A stretch of DNA of 53,812 bases from Anaerolineae bacterium (GTDB taxonomy: Bacteria > Chloroflexota > Anaerolineae > Anaerolineales > UBA11657). Positions 40,483 through 51,078 of the stretch are shown piece by piece (position 1 is the first letter of the stretch; each line of letters starts with the position of its first letter). The notes under the pieces are model-generated. The model had not been told where the DNA came from. It saw only the letters and a program-made list of their open reading frames with translations, and did not search any database. Location of the stretch: NCBI GenBank assembly GCA_963578565.1, contig CAUZCX010000003.1, positions 1-53,812 of the forward strand, written 5' to 3'. The position numbers and the translations under genes were made by a program.

Positions 40483-41862
40483 ATGAGCAGCCCACCCCGG
40501 ACTAGAAACCCGCTGCTGGTACGGCTACGAAACGCCGTAATGGACACCGCTCTCCACCACGTGGCTCGTAACACCGGTTGGCTGCTGGCAGCTGAAGTGG
40601 TGGCCATTATGGTGAGCGCTATTCAGTTTCCGCTTGTCGCTCGCATACTCGGGGTCGAAGGTTACGGCATGGCCGTACTAGTCATGGGATGGATTGGACT
40701 GATGACCGCGCTGCTCGGTGTGCAGACCCGGAAAACATTGGTCAAATACCTCAGTCTCTTTCTCTCTGATGAAAGTGAACCGCAAGTACTAGCGATGGTC
40801 AAGCTCGGGATAGGACTGAACCTCTTGCTTTCCACCCTCACTTTCATGCTGCTGTTCATGGCCGCACCGCGACTGAGTATCTGGCTGCTGGACACTCCTG
40901 ATGGTACTCTCTTTTTCCGCCTTGTAATTCTACGTGACTTTTTCGCGGCAACCGGCGGTACCACCTCGGCTGTACTCAGGGTATTAGACAGATTCAAGTG
41001 GCTTTCTATATTCAACGCGCTGTCGTCAATCGCCACCTTTGTGCTCGTCAGCACGGTGTTGATCGCCGGATGGCAGGTGGACGGTTACCTGGCTGCTATG
41101 ATGCTAGTTTCCGCAGGGCAAGCCATTACCCTCTACCTAGCATGCCAGCGCGAGCTACACACCCGCTACTGCACAAACTGGTGGCAAGCCGACCTTCACG
41201 CGCTCCACAAACACAGACACGAAATCACAGTGATGTTGGTGAGCCTAAAACTGGACGGCCTAAGAAAAATCGCCACCGACAAGGCCGATGTGGTCATCCT
41301 GGGATTATTCGCGGACATCCACAGCGTGGGTCTTTATAAAATGGCAAAGCAACTTGCGGGATATCTCAGTCGCCTCAGTAATCCAATTTACAAAGCGCTC
41401 TACCCGGAGATAGCGCGTTTATACCATGAATCCGGATTTGAACGCCTGCCACGATTCATAGGCCAGTTGACGCGCTGGCTTGTGGCCGGAGTTGGCGCTT
41501 CATCCATGCTCATAACATTACTGGCCGGGCCGCTTGTATCAGTAGTGTTCGGTGCGGAATACACTGCAGCCTTGCCTCTCTTCTACGTTATGATGCTCAT
41601 GCATGTGTGGTTGGGCTTGATATGGGCACCGGGTTTATTGCTGACACTTGGCAAAGCCCGCCAGCTTACGGCGATCAATCTCACCAGTGCGCTGATTCTA
41701 TTATCCTTATTATTCATTCTAGCGCCAACCTGGGGCGCAACCGGTGCTACCATTGCGTTGGTTGCAAACTACTGGGTATGGACTGTGCTTGTCATATGGT
41801 ACATTAGTCGGATACCTGGTCTCGTTCATTGGCCCCGAAGAGCGCAATCGGCACTGAATTGA
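40483..41862 (+). CDS. Wzx-like (MOP family) oligosaccharide flippase
   Basis: About 12-14 TM; ARILGVEGYG, DVVILG..VGLYKMA, ALYPEIAR, VFGAEY. Confidence 0.85.
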   Translation: MSSPPRTRNPLLVRLRNAVMDTALHHVARNTGWLLAAEVVAIMVSAIQFPLVARILGVEGYGMAVLVMGWIGLMTALLGVQTRKTLVKYLSLFLSDESEPQVLAMVKLGIGLNLLLSTLTFMLLFMAAPRLSIWLLDTPDGTLFFRLVILRDFFAATGGTTSAVLRVLDRFKWLSIFNALSSIATFVLVSTVLIAGWQVDGYLAAMMLVSAGQAITLYLACQRELHTRYCTNWWQADLHALHKHRHEITVMLVSLKLDGLRKIATDKADVVILGLFADIHSVGLYKMAKQLAGYLSRLSNPIYKALYPEIARLYHESGFERLPRFIGQLTRWLVAGVGASSMLITLLAGPLVSVVFGAEYTAALPLFYVMMLMHVWLGLIWAPGLLLTLGKARQLTAINLTSALILLSLLFILAPTWGATGATIALVANYWVWTVLVIWYISRIPGLVHWPRRAQSALN

Positions 41863-42998
41863 AACTGCTTTATATCACCACCCAAGCTTTCCCAGCGCCC
41901 AAGGCCAGCACGGTACAGGTCATGCAAATGTGCGCGGCATTCGCCACAAATCGCATGGATGTAAAATTGGTCGCCCGCGCGCCAGAAGATGACCAGCTCA
42001 CAGCGGCTGCGCTACAACATCATTATGGTGTGCCTAAAAACTTCGAGGTGGAACAATTCACATTATCCGATGGCTTCCGCGCATCGGAGAGATTTCAACT
42101 ACGCGCGCTCTGGAAAGAGCGACACGAGACCAACTTGTGTTATTCACGCGGAAGAGATGTGACTGCCCCTTTGTTGGCGTTGGCGCTAGGTGCCTCTGCT
42201 GTAGTGGAAATACATGGCCATCCAACTTCATTACGAGAGCAACTCATGCTTCGTGCAATCCAAGCACACCCGCGTGGATTCCTAACAGCCAACTCCCAAA
42301 ATCTTCGGTCATTCTGCATCAACAGTTTCCGTATGCGGCCTGAACGGTTCTTCGTCGCTTCAAATGGCGTTGACTTAGCACGTTACACACCACCAATGTT
42401 GCAAAAGACAGCACGCACCATTTGCGGACTATCTGCCGACCAGTGTTATGTGGTATATACAGGTGGGCTATATGATGGACGCGGTCTGGATACATTGTTT
42501 ACAGCAATTCGAGATACGCCCGTGAAATTATTGCTTGTCGGTGGGCGCACACAAGAAGAAATTACTACATGGCAAGACAAAGCACTTGCCATGGATGCCA
42601 AAAACGTTTGCTTCACAGGATATCAACCACCAATGCGAGTACCCTTGTACCTAGCGGCTGCGGATATGCTGGCAATGCCGTACAGCAACAAAGTTATAAG
42701 TCCAAGTGGAGAAGACACTACAAACATCATGTCACCGCTCAAAATGTTTGAATACATGGCCGCAGCCCGCCCGATTGTAGCGACTGACTTGCCCATGATT
42801 CGAGATGTGCTAAAAGACCAACACAACGCTCTACTTGTGCCGCCGGGAGACGCCAGTACCCTACGGGCTGCCCTGCAGCGGCTGGCTGCCATGCCGGAGT
42901 TGGGCCGGATGTTGGCAGCCAATGCTCGCGCCGATGTGGCTCAACACACGTGGGAAGCGCGTGCCCGACATATTCTTGCCAACGTGGGAGTGAATTGA
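41859..42998 (+). CDS. Glycosyltransferase family 4 (similar to 14726-15943)
   Basis: YTGGLYDGRG, AADMLAMP, SPLKMFEYMAAARPIVATDLP; TTG 41859 overlaps the flippase stop. Confidence 0.9.
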   Translation: MKLLYITTQAFPAPKASTVQVMQMCAAFATNRMDVKLVARAPEDDQLTAAALQHHYGVPKNFEVEQFTLSDGFRASERFQLRALWKERHETNLCYSRGRDVTAPLLALALGASAVVEIHGHPTSLREQLMLRAIQAHPRGFLTANSQNLRSFCINSFRMRPERFFVASNGVDLARYTPPMLQKTARTICGLSADQCYVVYTGGLYDGRGLDTLFTAIRDTPVKLLLVGGRTQEEITTWQDKALAMDAKNVCFTGYQPPMRVPLYLAAADMLAMPYSNKVISPSGEDTTNIMSPLKMFEYMAAARPIVATDLPMIRDVLKDQHNALLVPPGDASTLRAALQRLAAMPELGRMLAANARADVAQHTWEARARHILANVGVN

Positions 42999-43002
42999 AG
43001 AG

Positions 43003-43923
43003 ATGAAAATACTAATTACCGGCGGTTTGGGTACAATCGGAGGCCCGCTCTATGCAGAGCTGCGCAGGCGCAATCACACCGTACTGCTATGCGACTTGCC
43101 CCACGCCCCTAACACCAACTATATGCGCTGCGATGTGGCCGACTTTCGACAGGTCCAACGGGTTATGGACACGTTCCAGCCCGAATTAGTCTACCACCTA
43201 GCAGCCGAGTTCGGGCGCCAAAACGGCGAGGAGCATTACGAGAAAGTCTGGCGCACCAACGCCATCGGTACAAAAAACTTGCTTTGCTTACAGGAGCAAC
43301 GCAGGTATCGTATGTGTTTCAGCAGCAGCTCGGAAATTTACGGCGATTGGGAAGGTTCCATGTCCGAAGATGTGCCTCTGCGGAATCCAATCCGGCAGCT
43401 GAATGATTATGCCATTTCAAAGTGGGTCAACGAGATGCAAATCGTGAATTCGGCCGCCCGATTCGGCACCGAGACAGTGCGAGTACGCTTGTTCAACACA
43501 TACGGCCCCGGGGAGCATTACTCTGAGTATCGCAGCGTGATCTGCCAGTTCGTTTACCGCGCGCTGCACGACTTGCCTTACACGGTTTACCTAGACCACC
43601 ACCGCACTTCTTCATACATCAGCGACACGGTGCACACCATGGCGAATATCTCCGACCCGCAGTACTTCAAACCAGGCGAAGTGTACAACATCGCAGGGCA
43701 CGAATATCACGATATCAAGACTGTCTCAGACATGATTCTGGCACAGCTCGGAAAAGATGACCGCCAAGTGAAATATGAGCGCCGCGAGGCACACAACACT
43801 CGCGACAAAAAAAGCGACCTGAGCAAAGCGCAAAGCGAGCTAGGACATCTGACTCGAATCAAACTATCCATGGGTATCCCACTCACGATAGCGTGGCAGC
43901 AAGAAACCTATGGTATCGACTGA
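43003..43923 (+). CDS. NAD-dependent nucleotide-sugar epimerase/dehydratase
   Basis: ITGGLGTIG, HLAAEFGR, SSSEIYG, YAISK, RLFNTYGPGE. Confidence 0.9.
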   Translation: MKILITGGLGTIGGPLYAELRRRNHTVLLCDLPHAPNTNYMRCDVADFRQVQRVMDTFQPELVYHLAAEFGRQNGEEHYEKVWRTNAIGTKNLLCLQEQRRYRMCFSSSSEIYGDWEGSMSEDVPLRNPIRQLNDYAISKWVNEMQIVNSAARFGTETVRVRLFNTYGPGEHYSEYRSVICQFVYRALHDLPYTVYLDHHRTSSYISDTVHTMANISDPQYFKPGEVYNIAGHEYHDIKTVSDMILAQLGKDDRQVKYERREAHNTRDKKSDLSKAQSELGHLTRIKLSMGIPLTIAWQQETYGID

Positions 43924-45154
43924 TTTCACGCCCCTCGACATTGTCGTCATTGGTACTGGTTACGTTGGGCTGCCGGCAGCCCTACTGCTGGCGCAGGCCG
44001 GGCACTCCGTTGTAGGGGTGGATATCGATGAGAACATCGTGCGCACCATCAATGATGGCATCCTGCACATCAAAGAAGAACAGTTGCAGGCCATCATGGA
44101 TGAACCAGCAGTGAAAACAAACCTGATGGCGCAATCTGCCCCGTGCGAGGCGGATGTCTTTGTGATTGCCGTCCCGACCCCACTTGACGAGAGCAAGCAA
44201 GTGGCCGACTTGAGCATGGTGATTGAAGCGACCAAATCTCTCATTCCGCATCTGCGCGCAGGTAATCTGGTAATTCTAGAATCCACTGTACCGCCACTAA
44301 CCTGCCGCAACACAATAACGCCTTTACTGGAGCGGTCGGGGTTGAAAGTCGGGGAGACACTTAAACTTGCTCATTGTCCGGAACGGATTCTACCGGGAGA
44401 TGTGTTTCACGAAATTGTTCACAATGACCGCATCATCGGCGCTGAAGATGAGACAAGCCGCGCGATGGCAGCCGATGTCTATGCCTCATTTGTACATGGG
44501 GACCTGCTGCTCACGGACGATGTTACCGCGGAGCTAGTGAAGCTGATGGAAAACACATATCGCGATGTGAACATAGCCCTGGCGAACGAGTTCGCCGCGG
44601 TAGCCCGTACTCTCGAAATTGATGCCGGGGAGGCTATTGCATTGGCAAACCGACATCCTCGGGTGAGTATCCTCAAGCCCGGAATCGGGGTCGGCGGCCA
44701 TTGCATTCCGATTGACCCGTGGTTTATCAAAGAAGTTGACCCGATCAATTCGCGCCTGATTTTCACAGCCCGGATGATTAACGATGATGTGCCGGCTCAG
44801 ATTGCGGCGAATATTAGCGAGGCAGTGCGCGAAATCATAAATCCGCATATCGTGGCTGTCGGAGCGGCTTACAAACCCAACACAGCCGACACGCGCGAGA
44901 GTCCTGCCATTGAAATAGTGCGCATGTTGCGTGCGGATGGATGCCGAGTGGACCACTTCGACCCGCTAGTCGAGGGCATGGCATACCCATCCACTCTGAC
45001 GGAAGCGTGCACGGACGCCGATTGCCTGGCCCTGCTGGTGGAACACAAGGTTGTTATGGAAGATCTGGTGGCACAACGGGAAGGCATACACCGTGAAATG
45101 CGCAACGCTCTGATTATGCAACCAGGCACACAATTGCGTATGCCGACCACATAA
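43910..45154 (+). CDS. Nucleotide-sugar dehydrogenase, UDP-ManNAc dehydrogenase (WecC)-like
   Basis: GTGYVGLP, AVPTP, ESTVPP, HCPERILPG, KLMENTYRDVNIA, GVGGHCIPIDPWF. Confidence 0.88.
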   Translation: MVSTDFTPLDIVVIGTGYVGLPAALLLAQAGHSVVGVDIDENIVRTINDGILHIKEEQLQAIMDEPAVKTNLMAQSAPCEADVFVIAVPTPLDESKQVADLSMVIEATKSLIPHLRAGNLVILESTVPPLTCRNTITPLLERSGLKVGETLKLAHCPERILPGDVFHEIVHNDRIIGAEDETSRAMAADVYASFVHGDLLLTDDVTAELVKLMENTYRDVNIALANEFAAVARTLEIDAGEAIALANRHPRVSILKPGIGVGGHCIPIDPWFIKEVDPINSRLIFTARMINDDVPAQIAANISEAVREIINPHIVAVGAAYKPNTADTRESPAIEIVRMLRADGCRVDHFDPLVEGMAYPSTLTEACTDADCLALLVEHKVVMEDLVAQREGIHREMRNALIMQPGTQLRMPTT

Positions 45155-45438
45155 ACACGTTTGGGCTGATATATCCTATTTGAAAGTCCGTTGACGTTTT
45201 CAGTCAGACGACTGTTCACCTATCTGGTGCCGTCGCTCCTGCTCGATTATTCTGTCAGAATTGTCGCAAAAACGTCAATACAATCGATTTTCCAGTGGTC
45301 TCGTGCATGGATTACTTGTGGGAATACCAGCCGCTTCTCATGGCTTTCCTAATATTGGGGATTGTATTTGCGTTGGTGCGATTCTATCAGTATGTCAAAC
45401 TTTTCCTCAGCCAGAGCATGAAGCCATTGAATGGAGCT

Positions 45439-47445
45439 TCACGGCAATGCAAACTCTTCCAAAGGAAGCCAGTCATTGCCAGCCGCAAGCCCCACAGTAA
45501 TACGCAGCCGATCACCCGATTCAAAATCATACAGCCCGATGCCCAACTGATATACCCCAGCGGGTAATTCAGATAGTTTGAGCAGATGCTGTAGGCTAAC
45601 CGTCTCTTGATTTCGCCATCGGCTAACGGATAGACCACGGTCATTGAGCATAATTTCGTCATATCCATAAGCCAACTCACCGCTGTTCATGTCCATCAGA
45701 TGTAAGAAAACATGGTACGGTTGTTGCAATCGTTTATCCAACTCAAGCTCCAACGCTCTATTCAGAAATGCATACAACCTGTGGCGCACGCTATAAATTT
45801 GGTACTCCACTTGCCAGTTTGTGGTGATTGCCAGCGTGTCATTTCTCAAAACGAAATCGTAACCGAGAAGCCTGAGGTTATTCGCGTAGACTACATCCTT
45901 CTGCACAGATGATTCCGGCACGCGATAGACCGGATGGTACAGCGCTTCGATTTCACGGCGATGCGGATTGATAGACCCCGGCTCCTCATATGCAAACATA
46001 CCCCAGTGAAGCGGCCCCCTGACAAGTGAAAGGCAAACGCCCATACCTGCCACCACGATAACAGCCAAATGGCGCACAGAGGGCTCTCGGCCGAACAGAT
46101 ATAATAACCCAGCTGCCAGCCCACCCAGCATGACAATGCTGCCCCAGCGCCCCGGTAAAACCCAGGCGGTCAGCCAGTGCTGCCATCCGAGCATGATGTA
46201 CATATAAGCACCAACTATGATTATTCCGGTCGCGCCCCACAACCTGACCGGCACCTTCGCCTCAGCGCTTAACCAGAGCCACTCAAAAAAAAGCCCGGCA
46301 CCCAGCAGGCTTGCCGGCAAATAAAGCATGTGGTATCGGCCACCATCGACTCCTTTGTTCAGCTGCACGCCCAATTGCAGCACTATAGCCACCACGATAT
46401 AGATGTACATCGAACACCGCCGCCCACCCTGCATCACCCTCACTACCGCTATGCCACATCCGGCGGCCATTGGCAGCGCCATAAAGGAAAGTGTCGGCCA
46501 TATGTCTGCATGGGAATAGACCAGCAACGCCCAGTACCATGGGCCAGTAATGAAGGATTTGACTTGTTCGCCATAGCCCAATGTCAGCGCAATCACCGGG
46601 TCAAACAGATGCCCGAAATACCCAAGGTCGGATACCCGCACCGAGTGTGTACGAAAAAACCATTCGGCACCCATCCACCACGCCATTAACGGCAGTAGCG
46701 CAATCAGGAGGATTCGCATATCTCCACCCACACTACGCAAATCGGTACGCTTTGTGCTGGAATTCGGGGATGCAACCATCTTCATGGTCATTACTACTAG
46801 CATCACAATCACCAACGCAATCCCTTTTGCCAGAGAGACCGCTAGAGCCAACACGGCCCCGCCCGCCAGTATCCAACGGTCTTTCACACGTGCTCGAGGA
46901 CGCACAAGAACGAAAGCCATCAGTATGGTTGCGACAAACTGCACAGGGGAAGGGTACTGCGCTTTCGAAGACATGTAGCCATGCAGATCATGCGCACTGA
47001 GAAGCAGAGTTACAAGTACCGGTATTGGCCGTGGAAAGACGCCTGCAGCCAGACGATAGAACGCCGCTATGCCAATAATTCCCCATAGCATCGGCAGCAC
47101 ACGATATAGTTTGGTGTCAGCCCCACGGTACAGTATGTCATCATGGCCAGGAATCAATTTGAGCACGCCGGTCTGCATCCACCACCACAAAGGCGCAAGG
47201 AATTGACCGTTCCGGAGCGGAACGCCAAACACCTGTGTTGCTATCCCAGTCCCCAAATGGCGGTCTGGACCCATACCTAACATATCGCGCACGCCGCTTT
47301 GGGTAATACGAGGCTCATCAGCCAGAAAGGGATAAGCCACCGCCCCATGCACTCTCATCCAAGTCCCCAGCAATAATGCGATGGCAAGCAAACCCAGGGA
47401 GAGCCCACTACTGTGCAATTTGTCCCGTGACGAAAATCTTGCCAT
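45439..47445 (-). CDS. Divergent GT-C-like polytopic membrane protein with a C-terminal beta domain
   Basis: MRV..LADEP acidic motif after TM1, PLWWW, YRVLP, GRYHM; C-terminal LRLLGYD..YHVFLHL..PAGVYQLGIGLYD..GDRL like the other large GT-Cs; start ATG 47445. Confidence 0.7.
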   Translation of the reverse strand: MARFSSRDKLHSSGLSLGLLAIALLLGTWMRVHGAVAYPFLADEPRITQSGVRDMLGMGPDRHLGTGIATQVFGVPLRNGQFLAPLWWWMQTGVLKLIPGHDDILYRGADTKLYRVLPMLWGIIGIAAFYRLAAGVFPRPIPVLVTLLLSAHDLHGYMSSKAQYPSPVQFVATILMAFVLVRPRARVKDRWILAGGAVLALAVSLAKGIALVIVMLVVMTMKMVASPNSSTKRTDLRSVGGDMRILLIALLPLMAWWMGAEWFFRTHSVRVSDLGYFGHLFDPVIALTLGYGEQVKSFITGPWYWALLVYSHADIWPTLSFMALPMAAGCGIAVVRVMQGGRRCSMYIYIVVAIVLQLGVQLNKGVDGGRYHMLYLPASLLGAGLFFEWLWLSAEAKVPVRLWGATGIIIVGAYMYIMLGWQHWLTAWVLPGRWGSIVMLGGLAAGLLYLFGREPSVRHLAVIVVAGMGVCLSLVRGPLHWGMFAYEEPGSINPHRREIEALYHPVYRVPESSVQKDVVYANNLRLLGYDFVLRNDTLAITTNWQVEYQIYSVRHRLYAFLNRALELELDKRLQQPYHVFLHLMDMNSGELAYGYDEIMLNDRGLSVSRWRNQETVSLQHLLKLSELPAGVYQLGIGLYDFESGDRLRITVGLAAGNDWLPLEEFALP

Positions 47446-47539
47446 AGTGTGAAATGTTTCGATAGTGAATGTCCAGACTATCTGACCCATACAGACAAGT
47501 TTCCCCGTATGATAAACTACCCGCTGGCTGCCCGGGGCT

Positions 47540-47548
47540 TGATACAAT
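47540..47548 (+). promoter_or_regulatory. Extended -10 (TGaTACAAT) 6 nt before ATG 47555, implying a leaderless transcript
   Basis: Sequence tGATACAATaccctaATG with no SD. Confidence 0.5.
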
Positions 47549-47554
47549 ACCCTA

Positions 47555-49324
47555 ATGTTTCGATTCCTGCTCGCTGCCCTATCAATTCTGATCAGTTTTG
47601 TTTGTCTCTGGCCGCTGACGCGGCGCGCCTTTAATGATGGACATCTGGCGTACGCCGGTGTTTTGGCAACTACCTTCGGGTTGAGCACTGGCATGCTGTC
47701 ACTGTACATGTTGGCGCTAGGGCTGCTGCCCGGCGCGTGGCTGCGCCCAGCGCTGGTGTTACCGCTACCCTGGTTGCTTCTTGGGTTCGGTATCTGGCGA
47801 GCGAAGAACACGCCTTCCCTCAATGGCAGCCGCAGCAGACAAGTACTCATATTCTGGCTGACCTTGATATGCGTCGCTGGTTTCATAGTCATCGTTGTAA
47901 ATACCGTCTCCTATCCTTTTTACCGCTACGATGTACTCGCCCGCTTCGCACCGAATGCGCGGTTGCTATTTGACAATAGCTCCGTACCCAACACATTGAT
48001 AGGTTACCCACTCGCTACACAGTTGCTGTATGCCTTCACGTTCATGGCTTACGGTGCGGTCAACGACCATCTAGCCGGATTGGTGGTGGCGGCTTTTTCT
48101 GGGGCTATGCTGCTGACCACATTCGCCGTTGGCAGGGTAGCCTATTCCCAACGAACGGGTTGGACGGCAGTACTCCTGCTGCTAAGTTCGCGTCTGTTCG
48201 TGGATTGGTCGACATCAGGCTACGTGGATGTGCCCGTTGGGGTTTACCACGGCCTCACTTTTCTGTGCGCGTTTATATGGCTCCAAAGAGGAGAACGACG
48301 CTGGGCACTTTGGTCCGGAGTGATGGCAGGCCTAGCCTTGTGGACAAAACAATCGGCACTGGTGCTGATTCCCGCACTGGCGGTGGTTCCTCTGCTGCGG
48401 ATGCACTCGCATCGCAACATGTACGTTGAGCTTGGCAACGGGTTGATGGCCCTGGGGGCTACACTGCTGCTGGCCGGATCGTGGTATCTGCGGAGCCTTC
48501 TGCTGGGCGGACCCGCGGCCGTGCTACCAGCCCCGGGTGCATATGATGCGCAGTTCACCGACCGGTCACTCGGCGCGCTGATAACGTTTGTGACCGCATA
48601 CATGGAGTGGGGTCCATGGATGAGCGCGGCCACTGTGCTCGGTATAACTCTTTGGTCGACTCATTTCTGGAAACCCGACATCGATAACACATCGCACCAT
48701 CACATTGACCGACGCCAACGCGCGTGGCTGCTAGCAGCCTTCGTAATCCCTTACCATCTCATCTGGTGGCAGGGCTTTTCTTATCAGACACGCTATTTGT
48801 TAGCATCCGCACCCCTCTACGCGGTTATTGCAGGACATTGCATAGACTGGTTGCTCGGACGAGTGCCGGCGCTAGCGCGCACACCGAAATGGGTAGTTTT
48901 GGCCGCCGCCGGCGGAATGGTACTTACAGGGATGAGCAGCCGTTTGGGAGCAGTCTATCATCTAGCCGCTCAGCCGCTCCAGTCAGACGACGCCAAACTA
49001 TCGCGGCTGAGCGGAGAATCGTGGTCTCTGGCAAAACACATCCGCGCGACGATTGAGAAGGGTGCGAGCATCTATGCAATGGACGGGGCACTAGCATACT
49101 GGCTGCACGAATATGATTTCAGACAAGGCTATCCCTTCATGCTCGCCGATTTGAAAGACATTGATTATTTTGTCACCGCAGCAAACGGAGAGTCAGTGTA
49201 TCGCTTTTACGACGCCCACGACAATGAGGTATTGCGCGCGCTCGGTGACGCGGAAACGCTTCCCGAGATCTACAGGCACAACGAATCAGTATCAATCTAC
49301 CACGTGGGTCCGATTGAGCCATGA
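47555..49324 (+). CDS. GT-C fold membrane glycosyltransferase (ArnT/PMT-like)
   Basis: YPFYRYDV, GYPL, SGYVDVP, GLALWTKQ, WYLR, QTRYLL; polytopic. Confidence 0.8.
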   Translation: MFRFLLAALSILISFVCLWPLTRRAFNDGHLAYAGVLATTFGLSTGMLSLYMLALGLLPGAWLRPALVLPLPWLLLGFGIWRAKNTPSLNGSRSRQVLIFWLTLICVAGFIVIVVNTVSYPFYRYDVLARFAPNARLLFDNSSVPNTLIGYPLATQLLYAFTFMAYGAVNDHLAGLVVAAFSGAMLLTTFAVGRVAYSQRTGWTAVLLLLSSRLFVDWSTSGYVDVPVGVYHGLTFLCAFIWLQRGERRWALWSGVMAGLALWTKQSALVLIPALAVVPLLRMHSHRNMYVELGNGLMALGATLLLAGSWYLRSLLLGGPAAVLPAPGAYDAQFTDRSLGALITFVTAYMEWGPWMSAATVLGITLWSTHFWKPDIDNTSHHHIDRRQRAWLLAAFVIPYHLIWWQGFSYQTRYLLASAPLYAVIAGHCIDWLLGRVPALARTPKWVVLAAAGGMVLTGMSSRLGAVYHLAAQPLQSDDAKLSRLSGESWSLAKHIRATIEKGASIYAMDGALAYWLHEYDFRQGYPFMLADLKDIDYFVTAANGESVYRFYDAHDNEVLRALGDAETLPEIYRHNESVSIYHVGPIEP

Positions 49325-51078
49325 ATGAGATAGCATCCTGGCTTTTGGCGCTCCTGCCCGTGCCACTGGCGGCCGGATATTTAGCTCCGCTGATTGCACG
49401 CTCACGTTTGCGACCACCGTCGGAGCTCTTCTGGCCGCTCAGTGTAGGACTCGGCGTCGGCCTTTTTACCCTCTTGCTAACAATGATAGCATTTGCTGGG
49501 ATTACAGCGACCCGTCTATGGCTCATCCTCGCCGCTCTGTGGAGCGTCAGCGCGCTCTGGGGCAATTGGCCGCACGTGGTCTATTCCCCAACGGCATGGT
49601 GGATCCGAATCCGGCGAAGGAAATGTGGCTCGTGGGTGGGGTTGGCTGGAGGCGCAATCCTTCTGGTTATTCTGGCTCAAGCCAGTTATTACCCATTCAC
49701 AGGCGATGACGAAATCAGCCGTTACGCATATTTTGCGCGCCTGATTCTCGAAAACGGCAGGCTGGCCGCGGAGGTCCGTGGATACCCTCCACTACTCCCC
49801 GTAGCATATGCGAGCACTTTCTTAGCGAGCGGCGGCATCCACGAGCAAGCCGCAAAAATGTACCCTGTTCTGATGGCCGTCATGACAGTTTGGGCCACTT
49901 ACGCCCTGGCGTTGCGCTGGTTCGGCCAGTGTGCCGGAATCGCTGCCGCCCTTACGCTGGCAGCCACACCGCTTTTCATCCACTGGGCGCCGATCGGTTA
50001 CGTGGATATCACAAGCGGATTGTATTTCGTGTTGTGCGCACTTGCTCTCGAAATATGGCGAGAACGATTGGAACCAGGCTGGGCTCTGCTAAGCGGAGTT
50101 CTCGCCGGGATGGCCCTGTGGACCAAACAGGCCGGATTCGCGGTTCTGCCGATAATGGGACTGTTCGTTTTCACCCAAGTCATGCGCAAATGGACCCGCT
50201 CCGAGCGCGATGAAGCGCGGCGCGCGCTAGTCCATGGATTGTTAATGGTGCCGGCGGCTATTGCTGCCGGTGGCTGGTGGTATCTGCGCAACGCACTCTA
50301 TGACGGTTGGGGGAGCGCTGTGCCGGATGCTGGCCTGTATCATCTGTTGACCGCACCACGCAGCCCGCTGCAACTCGTCCCATTCATAGGAAACTTCCTC
50401 GAATTCGGCTGGATGACCGCGCCACTTTACTTAGCAGGATTGGGATGGGCGACCGCAGCGTTACGAAAACCCATGGTGAAGCGCGCACTCTTATGGTGCG
50501 GGCCTTATACTATTGTTTGGTGGTGGCGTTTTTCGTTCGACGCACGCTTCCTGTTGACAGTACTGCCGTTCTACGCCGTGCTAGCAGGGGCAGCTGTCAC
50601 GTCCGGATGGCGCCACGTGAGAGCGGCTGCGGACTCAAGAACGCGCCAAATTATCTGCGCCACCATAATCCTGTCAGTTGTTGCAGCCGGGATCTATCAG
50701 GCTCAATTAGGCGGATTAATTCAGTGGGCAAATCACCCTAGAGCCAGCTACGCCGAGCGCCTAACACGAGCTAAAGGTGACCTTTACCCGACGGTACAAT
50801 TCCTACAAACGCACATAGAACCAACAACAAACATCCACTCCAACGACGTCCGTATTCGATATTATCTAATTGACCGCCCCATTACGGTCGGTTACCCCGA
50901 CATGGCAAACATGCGAGCAGAGGACGTCTTCGTGGTCGGCTCATGGAGCGAGTCGGTCTATAATAAGCTCGGTGTTCGGAACAGCCCATTGCCTCATCTG
51001 GGTGACACCCGATTGTTCGAGAAAATCTACGCCGGCCCGGCCGGGAAACTGACAGCATTCCGGGTACTTTCCCCATGA
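49321..51078 (+). CDS. GT-C fold membrane glycosyltransferase, tandem paralog of 47555-49324
   Basis: YPFTGDDE, GYPPL, GYVDI, GMALWTKQ, WWYLRN, DARFLL. Confidence 0.8.
   Translation: MNEIASWLLALLPVPLAAGYLAPLIARSRLRPPSELFWPLSVGLGVGLFTLLLTMIAFAGITATRLWLILAALWSVSALWGNWPHVVYSPTAWWIRIRRRKCGSWVGLAGGAILLVILAQASYYPFTGDDEISRYAYFARLILENGRLAAEVRGYPPLLPVAYASTFLASGGIHEQAAKMYPVLMAVMTVWATYALALRWFGQCAGIAAALTLAATPLFIHWAPIGYVDITSGLYFVLCALALEIWRERLEPGWALLSGVLAGMALWTKQAGFAVLPIMGLFVFTQVMRKWTRSERDEARRALVHGLLMVPAAIAAGGWWYLRNALYDGWGSAVPDAGLYHLLTAPRSPLQLVPFIGNFLEFGWMTAPLYLAGLGWATAALRKPMVKRALLWCGPYTIVWWWRFSFDARFLLTVLPFYAVLAGAAVTSGWRHVRAAADSRTRQIICATIILSVVAAGIYQAQLGGLIQWANHPRASYAERLTRAKGDLYPTVQFLQTHIEPTTNIHSNDVRIRYYLIDRPITVGYPDMANMRAEDVFVVGSWSESVYNKLGVRNSPLPHLGDTRLFEKIYAGPAGKLTAFRVLSP

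Noticed and set aside
47446-47892. N-terminal extension of the 817-aa ORF; similar extensions on sdhB, tsaE, rfbE and gltA
   Set aside because: They overlap neighbouring real genes or lack family similarity; downstream ATGs fit better
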